From a virus: a stretch of DNA of 61,485 nt. Positions 23,870-33,801 of the stretch are shown here, piece after piece; position 1 is the stretch's first letter; each line of letters opens with the position of its first letter. The notes below the pieces were generated by a model. It was given only the letters and a program-made list of their open reading frames with translations. It ran no database searches and was not told the DNA's origin. The stretch is taken from positions 1 to 61,485 of IMG/VR virus record IMGVR_UViG_3300028031_000002; one strand, 5' to 3'. Both the position numbers and the translations under genes were made by a program.

Positions 23870-24679
23870 TTGAAAAACTTTACTGGCATTGATAGTGCCT
23901 ATTTAAGATTGCTTTGGAAGGTGTTAAACAGCGGCGAACTGATACAATCAAGAAATTCTGAAGTAGTTGCATTAACCAACACGCACATAAAGGCAGACTG
24001 TAGTAATCATAAAATGCCTATAGTGTCTTTGAAAAAGACTAATTATAAGAGTGCAATCACCGAACTTATATGGTTTTTGAAGGGTGACACTAACATAAAA
24101 TACTTAAACGATCGTGGTATACATATTTGGGATCAATGGGCTGACAAAGAAGGTAATTTAGGTAAAATTTATGGTTATCAATGGGCGTTTCAAATTGAAA
24201 ACGTTCTTTTTGAACTAAAGGAAAATCCCTTTTCACGGCGTTTGATGGTTAATAGTTGGAACTATTCTGAACTAGATGATATGAACTTACCACCATGTCA
24301 TTATAATTGGCAACTATTGTGCTATGAAAATGACAACGGTACAATAGACCTAGATATGGTAGTCTCAATGAGATCAAGTGATCTTTTTGTTGGTTTACCG
24401 TTTAATTTAGTCAATTATGGTACATTACTACACCTCATAAGTCATCATGTGGGCTATAATGCACGAAACTTACATATAAATATGGCATCTGCTCATATTT
24501 ACTGTTCTCATATAGAGACTGTAAAAACTTTACTTGATCGTAGTATCACACCGTACAAACAAAGTACAATAACGTTATTGCACGACGCATCATTAAGTTT
24601 ACCTGAATTGGTACCAGAGACCATCGTAATTAATGGTTATGAGTCAGGAAAGTTTTTAAAAGTCAATGTTTATAAATAA
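23870..24679 (+). CDS. thyA: thymidylate synthase (ThyA family)
   Basis: SRRLMVNSWN, LPPCH, MRSSDLFVGLPFNLVNY and AHIY align with E. coli ThyA motifs. Apparent TTG start. Confidence 0.85.
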   Translation: MKNFTGIDSAYLRLLWKVLNSGELIQSRNSEVVALTNTHIKADCSNHKMPIVSLKKTNYKSAITELIWFLKGDTNIKYLNDRGIHIWDQWADKEGNLGKIYGYQWAFQIENVLFELKENPFSRRLMVNSWNYSELDDMNLPPCHYNWQLLCYENDNGTIDLDMVVSMRSSDLFVGLPFNLVNYGTLLHLISHHVGYNARNLHINMASAHIYCSHIETVKTLLDRSITPYKQSTITLLHDASLSLPELVPETIVINGYESGKFLKVNVYK

Positions 24680-24708
24680 TAAAATCAACTAATTAGGAAT
24701 CAACTTAA

Positions 24709-26985
24709 ATGTCAGTTAAAATAATGGATTTAGATGCAACGGTAGTTAGTTTTTTCAATACTTTAGATACCACCAGCTACGAGGCGGCAATATTAACCAC
24801 CACAGGTAATCTAAGTAAACATCAAGATTATTCTTATTTAGCAGCCCGCTTGTTGGCAGAACAATTAGTAATTAAGCTTCGAGATAGTGGTAATTACAAG
24901 GATAAAAATACATATTTTAAACACTATATTGAGTCAGCCATCAAAAGCGGTAAATTAAACCCTAAATTAGCTACTAGTTTTGATCTAAAACGCCTTAACG
25001 ACGCATTTAATTTTACACATGTGGATAACTTTCATTATATTGGTTTGAAAACATTGGTAGATAGATACTTAATTAGAGACAATAACAACATAATTATAGA
25101 GCTACCACAGGCGTTTTTTATGCGAATTGCCATGGGTGTATCCTATAATGATGGCACCAAAGAAGAATGCACAAATAATGCAATTAAATATTATCGTGTT
25201 ATGTCTTCATTTGAATACATGCCATCAACCCCAACACTGTTTAACAGTGGAACTGCGCACCCGCAATTATCAAGTTGTTTTGTTTCTTCTGTAGAAGACT
25301 CTATTGATGGCATATTCGGTGAATTAAAAGATGTTGCACATATCAGCAAACATAGTGGTGGAATTGGGCTTGATTGGACAGATATTAGATCATCAGATAG
25401 TAAAGTATTAGGGATTGATGGTAAATCACAAGGTATTGTACCATTTATGAAAATCTTTAATGACACTTTATTGGCAGTTAATCAGGGCGGCAAGCGTAGA
25501 GGTGCAGGTGTTGCCTATATTGAGACTTGGCATAAAGACATTTATCAGTTTTTAGAGTTAAGGAAGAACACCGGTGACGACCGATTAAGATGCCATGACA
25601 TGAATACGGCGCATTGGATACCAGATTTATTTATGGAAAGAGTGAAGAACCACCAAAAGTGGACTTTATTTGATCCTAATGAAGTTAAGCTTGCGGGTTA
25701 TGAACTACATATGGCTGTAGGAGACGATTTTAAGGCTCTTTATGAAAAAGCTGAGAGTGATAAACGCTTGCGAAGTGCTACACAAGTTCTAGCAGTAGAT
25801 TTATGGCAAAAAATGTTAATCTCATTATTTGAAACCGGGCATCCGTGGATTACATTTAAAGACACCTTTAATCTTAGAAACCCAAGTAAATCACAGGGGG
25901 TAATTAAGTCTAGTAATCTATGTACCGAAATTGGATTAAATACATCAAATCATGAGCTTGCTGTATGCAATTTAGGTTCTATAAATGTTACTAAAATGGT
26001 CATTAACCAAGAAATTAACTCTATAAAGTTACAATATGTAGTATCTGTAGCTGTCCGTATGTTAAATGCTGTAATTGACTATAACGCGCTTCCAGTAGGA
26101 CGTGGTAAGCTCTCAAATAAAAAATATCGCCCTATTGGACTAGGTTTAATGGGTTTTCACACGATGTTGCAACAAAATAAGCTCAGTTATGAAGACCCTT
26201 CAGCACTAAAGTTGTCATCAAAACTGTCTGAATTAATACAATACTATGCCACCTCAGAGTCCATTGAGCTAGCCAAAGAGAATGGACCATATCCAGCCTT
26301 TAAAGGCTCATCATGGGATGACGGCAAATTAACTCATGAAACTATTGAGGAAGTTAGAGGAAACAAAGATGGCTCATTTAAATATTATACAAATGAAATA
26401 CCGTTAAAGTTCTATGAAGGTATCAAAGCGGACATAAAAGAATTTGGTATATATAATTCTACTTTAACCGCAATAGCACCTACTGCCACAATTGCAAATA
26501 TTTGTGGCGTTTCACAGTCTATTGAACCACATTACTCTAACTTATATACTAAAGTCAATTTAAGCGGGGAATTTGTACATATTAACGCTGAGTTAGTCTC
26601 AGAATTGACCGAGTTAGGTAAATGGGATGCGGAAAGTTTTGATATTTTATTAGAAAATCATGGTGATGCACAATATTTAAGTACTAAAGATGTGCCACAA
26701 TATGTAATTAATAGATTCAAGAATGCGTTTCAAATTGACCAAATCAAGTTATTGAAATGTACAGCAGCGCGACAACGATTCACTGATCAATCCATATCAA
26801 TGAATCTATATATGAATGGCTCAGATGGTAAACAGTTATCACACTTATACACCAGTGCATACAATATGATGCTAAAAAGCACCTATTATTTACGTACTAA
26901 AGCCGCAACAACAATAAATACTCATAGTTCTATAAGGGCTATAAAATGTTCTATAGATGACAGCAGTTGTGAAGCTTGTCAATAA
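24709..26985 (+). CDS. nrdA: ribonucleotide reductase class I, large subunit
   Basis: 758 aa, with the SNLCTEI active-site loop, GLGLMGF and a C-terminal Cys pair (CEAC). Confidence 0.95.
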   Translation: MSVKIMDLDATVVSFFNTLDTTSYEAAILTTTGNLSKHQDYSYLAARLLAEQLVIKLRDSGNYKDKNTYFKHYIESAIKSGKLNPKLATSFDLKRLNDAFNFTHVDNFHYIGLKTLVDRYLIRDNNNIIIELPQAFFMRIAMGVSYNDGTKEECTNNAIKYYRVMSSFEYMPSTPTLFNSGTAHPQLSSCFVSSVEDSIDGIFGELKDVAHISKHSGGIGLDWTDIRSSDSKVLGIDGKSQGIVPFMKIFNDTLLAVNQGGKRRGAGVAYIETWHKDIYQFLELRKNTGDDRLRCHDMNTAHWIPDLFMERVKNHQKWTLFDPNEVKLAGYELHMAVGDDFKALYEKAESDKRLRSATQVLAVDLWQKMLISLFETGHPWITFKDTFNLRNPSKSQGVIKSSNLCTEIGLNTSNHELAVCNLGSINVTKMVINQEINSIKLQYVVSVAVRMLNAVIDYNALPVGRGKLSNKKYRPIGLGLMGFHTMLQQNKLSYEDPSALKLSSKLSELIQYYATSESIELAKENGPYPAFKGSSWDDGKLTHETIEEVRGNKDGSFKYYTNEIPLKFYEGIKADIKEFGIYNSTLTAIAPTATIANICGVSQSIEPHYSNLYTKVNLSGEFVHINAELVSELTELGKWDAESFDILLENHGDAQYLSTKDVPQYVINRFKNAFQIDQIKLLKCTAARQRFTDQSISMNLYMNGSDGKQLSHLYTSAYNMMLKSTYYLRTKAATTINTHSSIRAIKCSIDDSSCEACQ

Positions 26986-26992
26986 CTTTTAA

Positions 26993-27022
26993 TAGCACAT
27001 TTAAAATACCTTAAATGTGCTA
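26993..27022 (+). other. perfect 12-bp stem hairpin between nrdA and nrdB
   Basis: tagcacatttaa-aatacc-ttaaatgtgcta. The same tagcacatt/aatgtgcta arms occur at 13610..13639. Confidence 0.7.
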
Positions 27023-27042
27023 AACTCATGAGATAACTACAA

Positions 27043-28101
27043 ATGATTAATGTAACAGATAAACTAATAAATGTCGGTACCCGTGTTATAGGTGATAATA
27101 AAATAATTTTAGGAAATAGTGAGCCTAGGCAACCGTTGCCCGTAATGTTCCCTAATATCAGAGAAAGATTTTTAAATAGTAGGTTTAATTTTTGGACACC
27201 GAACGAAATTGCAATGGCTGAAGACAAACTACAGTACTCTAATGGTACTATTTCTGAGCAAGAAAAAGCCATTATAGCCGCTAATATCAGCTATTTGACA
27301 ATAGGTGACACCTTAGTGCCAGACAATATTGTAAATCATATATTACCAAGAATAAAAACGCCTGAACTGCGCCAATACCTAAGATGGCAAATTGCAGAAG
27401 AAGCCAACCATATTGAATCTTATCTGTACATTTTAGAATCTTTGGGTATTGATACTGAAGGACAAGGTAAAATATTTAACATTTATCAAACTAATGAAGC
27501 TATTGCGGAAAAAGTGAACTGGAACTTAATGAACTCTCAACAACTAAATGACGATGTTCCGAGTGAAGACCTATTATATCAAGAATCGTTAATAATTAAT
27601 TTAGTTGCGTACTTAATGTTTGAACTAGTGTTTTTTCCTGCTGGTTTTTCACAGATATTTGCTTTTGCACGCAACGGAAAAATGCGTAATATGGCGCAAC
27701 AATATACCTTCATTTGGCGCGATGAGGCACTTCATGCCGATAACGCGGCGTTTATGTTACGACAGTTAATGTATTTCGAGAATGACAGGTCTATTTTAAA
27801 TAGAAGCCTTCTAAAGCGCATTTATAACGTTTTATATGAAGGCTTTGAACTTGAAATGGCACATATTCGCAGTGTATTTAGCGGTTTTGATATTGTGGGA
27901 TACTCTATATCCGATTATGAAAAATACGTTAAATTTCTAATAAACCAATTGTGTAAACAGCTTGACATTGATATAGTTTTCACGGATGTTCTACATAACC
28001 CAATACCATGGGTATTAGCGTACCAACTAGGCACCGAAGCTAACTTTTTTGAAAGTAGAGTTAAGGAATATAAAGTAGGCGTATCATTGGATTTTAATTA
28101 A
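27043..28101 (+). CDS. nrdB: ribonucleotide reductase class I, small subunit
   Basis: Di-iron ligand motifs EEANHIESY and RDEALH. 352 aa, directly downstream of nrdA. Confidence 0.95.
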   Translation: MINVTDKLINVGTRVIGDNKIILGNSEPRQPLPVMFPNIRERFLNSRFNFWTPNEIAMAEDKLQYSNGTISEQEKAIIAANISYLTIGDTLVPDNIVNHILPRIKTPELRQYLRWQIAEEANHIESYLYILESLGIDTEGQGKIFNIYQTNEAIAEKVNWNLMNSQQLNDDVPSEDLLYQESLIINLVAYLMFELVFFPAGFSQIFAFARNGKMRNMAQQYTFIWRDEALHADNAAFMLRQLMYFENDRSILNRSLLKRIYNVLYEGFELEMAHIRSVFSGFDIVGYSISDYEKYVKFLINQLCKQLDIDIVFTDVLHNPIPWVLAYQLGTEANFFESRVKEYKVGVSLDFN

Positions 28102-28139
28102 CTGTTGAAATTCAGTTTATGTAATGTTTCTTTTTTGTT

Positions 28140-28770
28140 TCAAAAACGTCTTTTAAATTGAACCAAACCATTGCACAACACTATGAAAACATTGTAGAAG
28201 TGCTTAACTTGGTAATGGAAACGCGCTGAAACAGTGTCTAAAATTGCTGAAACATGTTGAAACAAGTTAGAACCATATTGAACCGTGCAGAACCAATTTG
28301 AAACTTGTAGAACCATTGTTACCAGATTGTAAAATAAATTATAATAACTTACGTGGTATTCCCCTACATACTGTATATGGATCATAAATAGCTAATTTTT
28401 GCAACAATTATTTCATTAAAATTGAATTTAATTTTTAAATAAATTATCGTTTAATATAAGCAGCTTACCCATTTTTACCCTAAAAAAGTTGCTAAACGTG
28501 TTATTATAGTGCTATACTGCTAATATAAGCTAAGTAAACTTATGCGTACACGTTATTAACGCATTTGGTTGGGCTTTGTTTCATATATGTTCAATTAAAT
28601 CTGAAACGGGTCCGCAGAAGGCTATATGGTTGCATGAATACACAAAGAGTGTCCAAAAGTACCCATTCACGTCTCAAATGGTTTTTAGTTCCGCTCAAGA
28701 CCGTCACAATATGTTTTTATATGTTTCCATACAGTTTCATTAGAGTACTCTCTACACATAAGTATAACAT
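28140..28770. promoter_or_regulatory. origin/centromere-like iteron region B (paralog of region A)
   Basis: Nine nGAAMC iterons start at 28217, 28227, 28247, 28257, 28269, 28279, 28289, 28299 and 28309. Identical blocks lie at 28379..28414 and 28565..28582 with a 150-nt AT-rich spacer. GTTTC repeats lie at 28723 and 28734. The region fills the convergent gap between nrdB and the minus block. Confidence 0.6.
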
Positions 28771-28775
28771 AACTT

Positions 28776-29546
28776 TTATTCAACATCAACGATGTTTAAA
28801 TCAATAAAAATACGCATTATTGGGTCTAACGCATTGGTTATAACTTTAGATTGTACCATATGACCTTTGTTTGGCTTATCTAAAAAAGAAAGTCCAGCAG
28901 GAATTTTCATAGTTACTAAATTAGATCTTTTTAAAGCACTTTTACGTGCTTTGATAAATCTATACAAGAGAATTACAAGCGGTAACGATAAAGCACCATA
29001 TTGTGCTTTAATTGTCTTTTCTGAAGCTACTTTTATAAGGTCTTTAGGTGTAAACTTGTTATTTAACGTGCCGCCAATGTCCATTGATTCGGTGCATTTA
29101 GCGGCTAAAAGGGTGTTTTTTATTATTATGAAACATGACCATTTACCGTACTTGGCTGTATCTAATAATCCTAAATCTATTACTGAGATACCTTCAAAAG
29201 AATCTGATTTCAGTGACCTATATACTTCACTAAATGCGCTTGTTGTAATAAACAAGTAACCAGCGTCTACAAAAGGCTTTAAAAGTTCTGGATTAAGCTT
29301 TTTAACATAACTTAAAAACGGTACTGGTGCTATATACTCTTTCCCTTCATTATCTTTAAATAGATCACCATAGCGTTTACCGGCGGCATATAGTGAATTC
29401 TGTATACTTAAATCTACTAATGAGGCTAGTTTATTGCAATTATTAGCAAAACTAGGTGTTTTTTTAGCAATTTCAAGCGATTTTGCAACTGAAAACAATT
29501 TTGTAGCTAATATCTCATTTGTGAATGAAAACTTTTGATATGACAT
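28776..29546 (-). CDS. hypothetical protein adjacent to iteron region B
   Basis: 256-aa ORF with an AGGAAG RBS and its own promoter at 29600..29628. No motif recognised. Confidence 0.65.
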   Translation of the reverse strand: MSYQKFSFTNEILATKLFSVAKSLEIAKKTPSFANNCNKLASLVDLSIQNSLYAAGKRYGDLFKDNEGKEYIAPVPFLSYVKKLNPELLKPFVDAGYLFITTSAFSEVYRSLKSDSFEGISVIDLGLLDTAKYGKWSCFIIIKNTLLAAKCTESMDIGGTLNNKFTPKDLIKVASEKTIKAQYGALSLPLVILLYRFIKARKSALKRSNLVTMKIPAGLSFLDKPNKGHMVQSKVITNALDPIMRIFIDLNIVDVE

Positions 29547-29599
29547 TATAAAACTTCCTATTAAAATTAATACAACTTTGTTTGATGTCTATGGGTACC

Positions 29600-29628
29600 A
29601 TTATACAGTAAAGTACCCTTAGTTGCAA
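29600..29628 (-). promoter_or_regulatory. sigma70-type promoter (TTGCAA-17-TATAAT)
   Basis: On the minus strand: TTGCAActaagggtactttactgTATAAT, between the primase-helicase stop and CDS 28776..29546. Confidence 0.7.
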
Positions 29629-29636
29629 CCTTTTTT

Positions 29637-32600
29637 TTAAAAAATTTCGTCGCCAATTAGTTGTATGTCTTCAATGTCTTCAAAAGCTTCTAGTTTATTC
29701 TCAAATGTGTTTTCTGCAACATCTATATCTGCCAAGTCTTCTGGGGCTATATTAGCCATTAATTTATTATAGCAATAAGTCACTAATTTTGCTCTTTCTG
29801 AGTTCGCAGTTATTACGTCGTCAATAATAGCGTATCCAATACGTTTTGCGTACATTTTAAGTAATTTTACAGCTATCTCATCGGAGTGTTCACCTAATAA
29901 TACCTCTCTTGAGTACGGCATTTGTAGGCTCAATGCGGATAATACTGAACTAATTAGTACTTCATGAGAGTATTTATTAATTAACTTAGAGAATCTTTCA
30001 GTTGCCTCAGCTAATGAGCTTGTATTATAACAATTTAGAAACATATGAACGCCTTCAAAATCAGTGCGCAACAGACTACCCAAATAGGTACTCTCAAATT
30101 CAAGTTTATTTGCCACATTTGGTAAATCAACTTCTAATGCAATTAAATTTCCTATTGAAAGAAATTTATTTTCTAATAGTTGCAGACCATCCACAGTTTC
30201 AATTTGTGCTTCATTTAACACTATCGCGATGTTTTCTTTGTCTGTAGCAATAACTTTACCCGATTTAATCGCTTTTAACTGTATTTCGTCCATATCATGG
30301 ATTATTGCGGCACATTCTGTAATATATTTTTGATTATATTTGGTCAATTCTTCAGATAAATAGTGATTTAATTCCTTTATAAGTCGGCGATATTCACCAC
30401 TTTTAGAGAAACTGTCTGGCATTTTCTGCACTTTATAACCTGCATTTTTTAGCATCAAATGTATTTCTTGTTCACTATCCGCAATATTAAAGGCGGTTAC
30501 TGCCAATAATAATTGTCTTTCACCAACACTTAAACGCTCGAAATTCACTAATTTATGTGAGCTACTCTCGGTAGCTTTAACTTTATTTTGAAAACTTGCC
30601 GCACTTGAGCCATCAAATAAATGTATTGTGTTTGTACGATTTCTTGCTCGGTTTAATAATTGTAACATTTCAGCGCGTGTAATGTTACCGTAAAAGTTGC
30701 CATAAACTGCGCGTTGTTTTCCTATAAAAGATATTCCGGTACTAACGGATGGTGTTACTATAATATCTTGGTAATTGGCATCTAATGCGTTTATATCTTT
30801 TAATTCATCGTCTTTTGTCATTGAGTTAATTACTTTCGCAGTTCTTCCTAGGCTCAATGATAGGGCGTACATTTTCTTTGATTCTTGTAACGAATCAGTC
30901 ACAAATAAAGTTGCTTCTGCGCTCATAGTAGAAATTGCACTTGCATATATTAAATGCAGCTCTCCTGCCGTAGCAGTTAAGTTTACATCTATAACTGCAT
31001 TATTATTACTTTTACGGTCATAACCGGCTAAAAAGATTGACGGTGTTTCGTTAAACATTTCTTTGAAAAATACGTATACCGCATCATTATTGTCTGCACT
31101 TAATGCAATTAGTTTTTTACCCTTGTTTAAAGACTCTTGCATACCATTAATGATTTCTAACTTATGTTTTCTAATTCTTTGGCGTTCTAATAATAACTTA
31201 ATTATTAAATGAGATTCATCCATTATAATATGGGTGTTAGCCAAGTATTTGTACGAGCTGTCTATTGTAGTTATGACTATTTTAGAATCATTTGCGTTTT
31301 TATCTTGATAAGTGCTACATTTGATACCGTGAGATGTTAATGTCGCATGTGTTTGCTTGACTAAGGCTATATTAGGTAAAACTATTGTAACAGCACCCTC
31401 AAGGGTTTTTAAATGCTTTATAATGATGTTTGCTGTCTTACCTGATCCCATTGGGGCGGTTATTAGCTCAATATTATTCCTATTGGACTTGAACCATTCA
31501 GTAGTGTCTAACTTTGGGTATCCTTCAGACATATCAATTGTAGATAGCATTACTGGACATGATTCTGAAATTTTAACGAACTTTTGGGGTATTATTGATA
31601 GTAGCTCAAGCATTGAAGCAATTACATTTTCAACAGTCTTAAATGCAGGTCTTTTTGCTAAGGTTATTATAGCTTTGTTGCAATGTAATGAAGTTAGTTC
31701 ATTACTAGATTCTGTAATAAGTTGTTCTAGTGCTTTAACGTCTTTTAGCGGTAAGCTGTCAATCATTTGCACAGCATTATGCGCCAATGACAATGCAATT
31801 GAGTTGGAATAAAACGTCATTGGTTTATCTATGGATAAGTTAAACGCTTCTTTGGAAGCAACATTATACCAATCATATAAATCAAAGTCATCAGTATCCT
31901 TAAATGCACCACTGGCTACAGCCATAGTTATATACTGATTTAGGATAGCCACGTTATGCCCTTTATTAGCCAATAAATTTGCAGCTTGTAACGTGCCTTC
32001 TCGTCCTGCTTTGTCGTTATCTGGAACTAAAATAAATTGTTTTAATCCTATTATAGCCGCCTTTTTAACTTGTTTAGCGTGTTTAATTAGATTTGATATA
32101 CCATTAGTAGCCGCAACGGTAATTGGACCGTTAGTATGTGCTAATCTGCCGGCACAAATTGCATTAACTAAGCCTTCAGCTAATACAATAACGGTGCTAC
32201 CGGGTGCTTGATGCCCACAAAAGCCAACAACACCGTTTTCTTGCATATGCTTAATTTTACCTGAAATGCGTAAGGAAGACACTATTGTAGTGTCTTCAGC
32301 TAAGCCATTGGCTATAATTGTATTTAAATTGGTAATCGGTGTATAAAGGTCTTTATCATGTGCTTTTGCACCAAAGTCTTGTAAAAGACTTAACTCTGCT
32401 GCTCTTAAAGAGCTTTTTTTATTACTTATATAGTCAGTGTTTTTAACAGCTTCTTTTGAAGCAGCTAACTTTGAAAACAAACTTGTGGCTATTTTTCTAC
32501 TTTGATTTGATACGCAAATTTTAGCTGTAGGCACTCTATCAGAGTCTTCGATAGTTATTGCATTGTTTCTGGTGGATGCTGCAATAGAAAAACTTTTGCC

Positions 32601-32894
32601 AATAAAGCGTTCTTGTACTGAAGGTGAAAATGCGTTAAAGGTTGCGGATATATTCGCACCTTTTCCATTTATATAAACAGAACATCTAAGGTTGCCGCGG
32701 TCAGCCAAAACAAATTTATTTTCACCGTCGTCCAGTTTTTCTATTAAAGATTCTGCACCGTCTTCTAAAGATAAACCTAAATAATCTTTGTTTGGGTAGT
32801 CGTTAATGTCTAAATTAGTAGAAATTTCGTCACATACGGCTTTAATTTTTACAATTAATTTCTCTGCTTCTGTTGCAGTTATTTTGTAGCTCAT
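29637..32894 (-). CDS. putative primase-helicase (unknown N-domain, Toprim, SF2 DExH helicase)
   Basis: Toprim VLAEG...ILVPDNDKAGREG. Helicase motifs APMGSGKT, IIMDESH, LSADN, TPSVSTGISF and QLLNRARNR. Confidence 0.8.
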   Translation of the reverse strand: MSYKITATEAEKLIVKIKAVCDEISTNLDINDYPNKDYLGLSLEDGAESLIEKLDDGENKFVLADRGNLRCSVYINGKGANISATFNAFSPSVQERFIGKSFSIAASTRNNAITIEDSDRVPTAKICVSNQSRKIATSLFSKLAASKEAVKNTDYISNKKSSLRAAELSLLQDFGAKAHDKDLYTPITNLNTIIANGLAEDTTIVSSLRISGKIKHMQENGVVGFCGHQAPGSTVIVLAEGLVNAICAGRLAHTNGPITVAATNGISNLIKHAKQVKKAAIIGLKQFILVPDNDKAGREGTLQAANLLANKGHNVAILNQYITMAVASGAFKDTDDFDLYDWYNVASKEAFNLSIDKPMTFYSNSIALSLAHNAVQMIDSLPLKDVKALEQLITESSNELTSLHCNKAIITLAKRPAFKTVENVIASMLELLSIIPQKFVKISESCPVMLSTIDMSEGYPKLDTTEWFKSNRNNIELITAPMGSGKTANIIIKHLKTLEGAVTIVLPNIALVKQTHATLTSHGIKCSTYQDKNANDSKIVITTIDSSYKYLANTHIIMDESHLIIKLLLERQRIRKHKLEIINGMQESLNKGKKLIALSADNNDAVYVFFKEMFNETPSIFLAGYDRKSNNNAVIDVNLTATAGELHLIYASAISTMSAEATLFVTDSLQESKKMYALSLSLGRTAKVINSMTKDDELKDINALDANYQDIIVTPSVSTGISFIGKQRAVYGNFYGNITRAEMLQLLNRARNRTNTIHLFDGSSAASFQNKVKATESSSHKLVNFERLSVGERQLLLAVTAFNIADSEQEIHLMLKNAGYKVQKMPDSFSKSGEYRRLIKELNHYLSEELTKYNQKYITECAAIIHDMDEIQLKAIKSGKVIATDKENIAIVLNEAQIETVDGLQLLENKFLSIGNLIALEVDLPNVANKLEFESTYLGSLLRTDFEGVHMFLNCYNTSSLAEATERFSKLINKYSHEVLISSVLSALSLQMPYSREVLLGEHSDEIAVKLLKMYAKRIGYAIIDDVITANSERAKLVTYCYNKLMANIAPEDLADIDVAENTFENKLEAFEDIEDIQLIGDEIF

Positions 32895-32929
32895 AATATT
32901 TAGCCTATTATTTAATAAGATTTACAATC

Positions 32930-32958
32930 ATTATACAGTATTCAAGAAAATTTTGCAA
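32930..32958 (-). promoter_or_regulatory. sigma70-type promoter (TTGCAA-17-TATAAT)
   Basis: On the minus strand: TTGCAAaattttcttgaatactgTATAAT, 36 nt upstream of the primase-helicase ATG. Confidence 0.7.
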
Positions 32959-33057
32959 CATATTTTAATGTTTTTTTTATTTTTGCGTATTCTCTAATAT
33001 ATTCAATAGCTTGAAGTATTCCATAGTACAATTCAAAACTATAAAAATCAATAAAAC

Positions 33058-33233
33058 TATAACTCGTTGAAATTAAATGCAAATAAGGCACTTTTGAAGT
33101 TTTGGTTTTATCAAAGCCTTTGTCACAACAGAACGGTACCATCAAAGGGGTTTGAAAGTGCAGTTTGTGGGGAAGCCCATTCTATTGACAAAGACTATAA
33201 TATATAAGCACCTGTCAAAGAATCACCATCTAG
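33058..33233 (-). repeat. 176-bp intergenic element, copy R3
   Basis: Starts 7 nt after the stop of 33241..33801. Lies upstream of promoter 32930..32958 and the primase-helicase gene. Confidence 0.9.
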
Positions 33234-33240
33234 CTACATA

Positions 33241-33801
33241 TTATGGGTTGGGTGTTGTTGGCGGTACCACGTTTCCGCTATCGTCCATATAATTGGCACC
33301 AATTGATTTTAAATAGTCCATTACAAAATCTATTTTATGCTCAATTACGTCCAATCGCATGGAAAGACTTCCGGAAGTGTGTACGCCAAGTGTTCTTGAT
33401 CTAAATCCGGATACTTTTTCCGTATAAGTGTACGTATAAGAATCAACTAAAAAGTTTTCTACCAATAATAACCAATCTTTTGCGGGTACACCAAATGCGC
33501 TTTTTGCGTCAATATCATCTTGCCAAGTATTGTTTGTCACTATACTTGCCGTATTTGTTGCTATTGCATTAGTATTGGTAGTCACTGAAGTATTTAGGGA
33601 TGCAATATCCAGTCTATTTGTTGTTGTACGTGATGTGTTTGTATCTATAGATGTATTTAGCGTGTTTATATCTGTATCATTTGTACCTATATTGGTCTCT
33701 ATTACGGTTAAGATGTTTTCTATGTCATCTAACATTGAGTAATATTGCGCAAACCAGGGTACCGTACCCGCAGGTATTTTATGTTGTGATAAAGTTGCCA
33801 T
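33241..33801 (-). CDS. fibre-like structural protein
   Basis: The central T/N-rich periodic segment (TNIGTNDTDINTLNTSIDTNTS...) resembles the fibre protein 44535..45353. Confidence 0.6.
   Translation of the reverse strand: MATLSQHKIPAGTVPWFAQYYSMLDDIENILTVIETNIGTNDTDINTLNTSIDTNTSRTTTNRLDIASLNTSVTTNTNAIATNTASIVTNNTWQDDIDAKSAFGVPAKDWLLLVENFLVDSYTYTYTEKVSGFRSRTLGVHTSGSLSMRLDVIEHKIDFVMDYLKSIGANYMDDSGNVVPPTTPNP

Noticed and set aside
28140-28807. ORFs 28140..28385 (minus) and 28565..28807 (plus) in iteron region B
   Set aside because: They lie across iteron arrays and conserved non-coding blocks that are shared with region A, where no ORF exists. No RBS is present, and one needs a non-ATG start.
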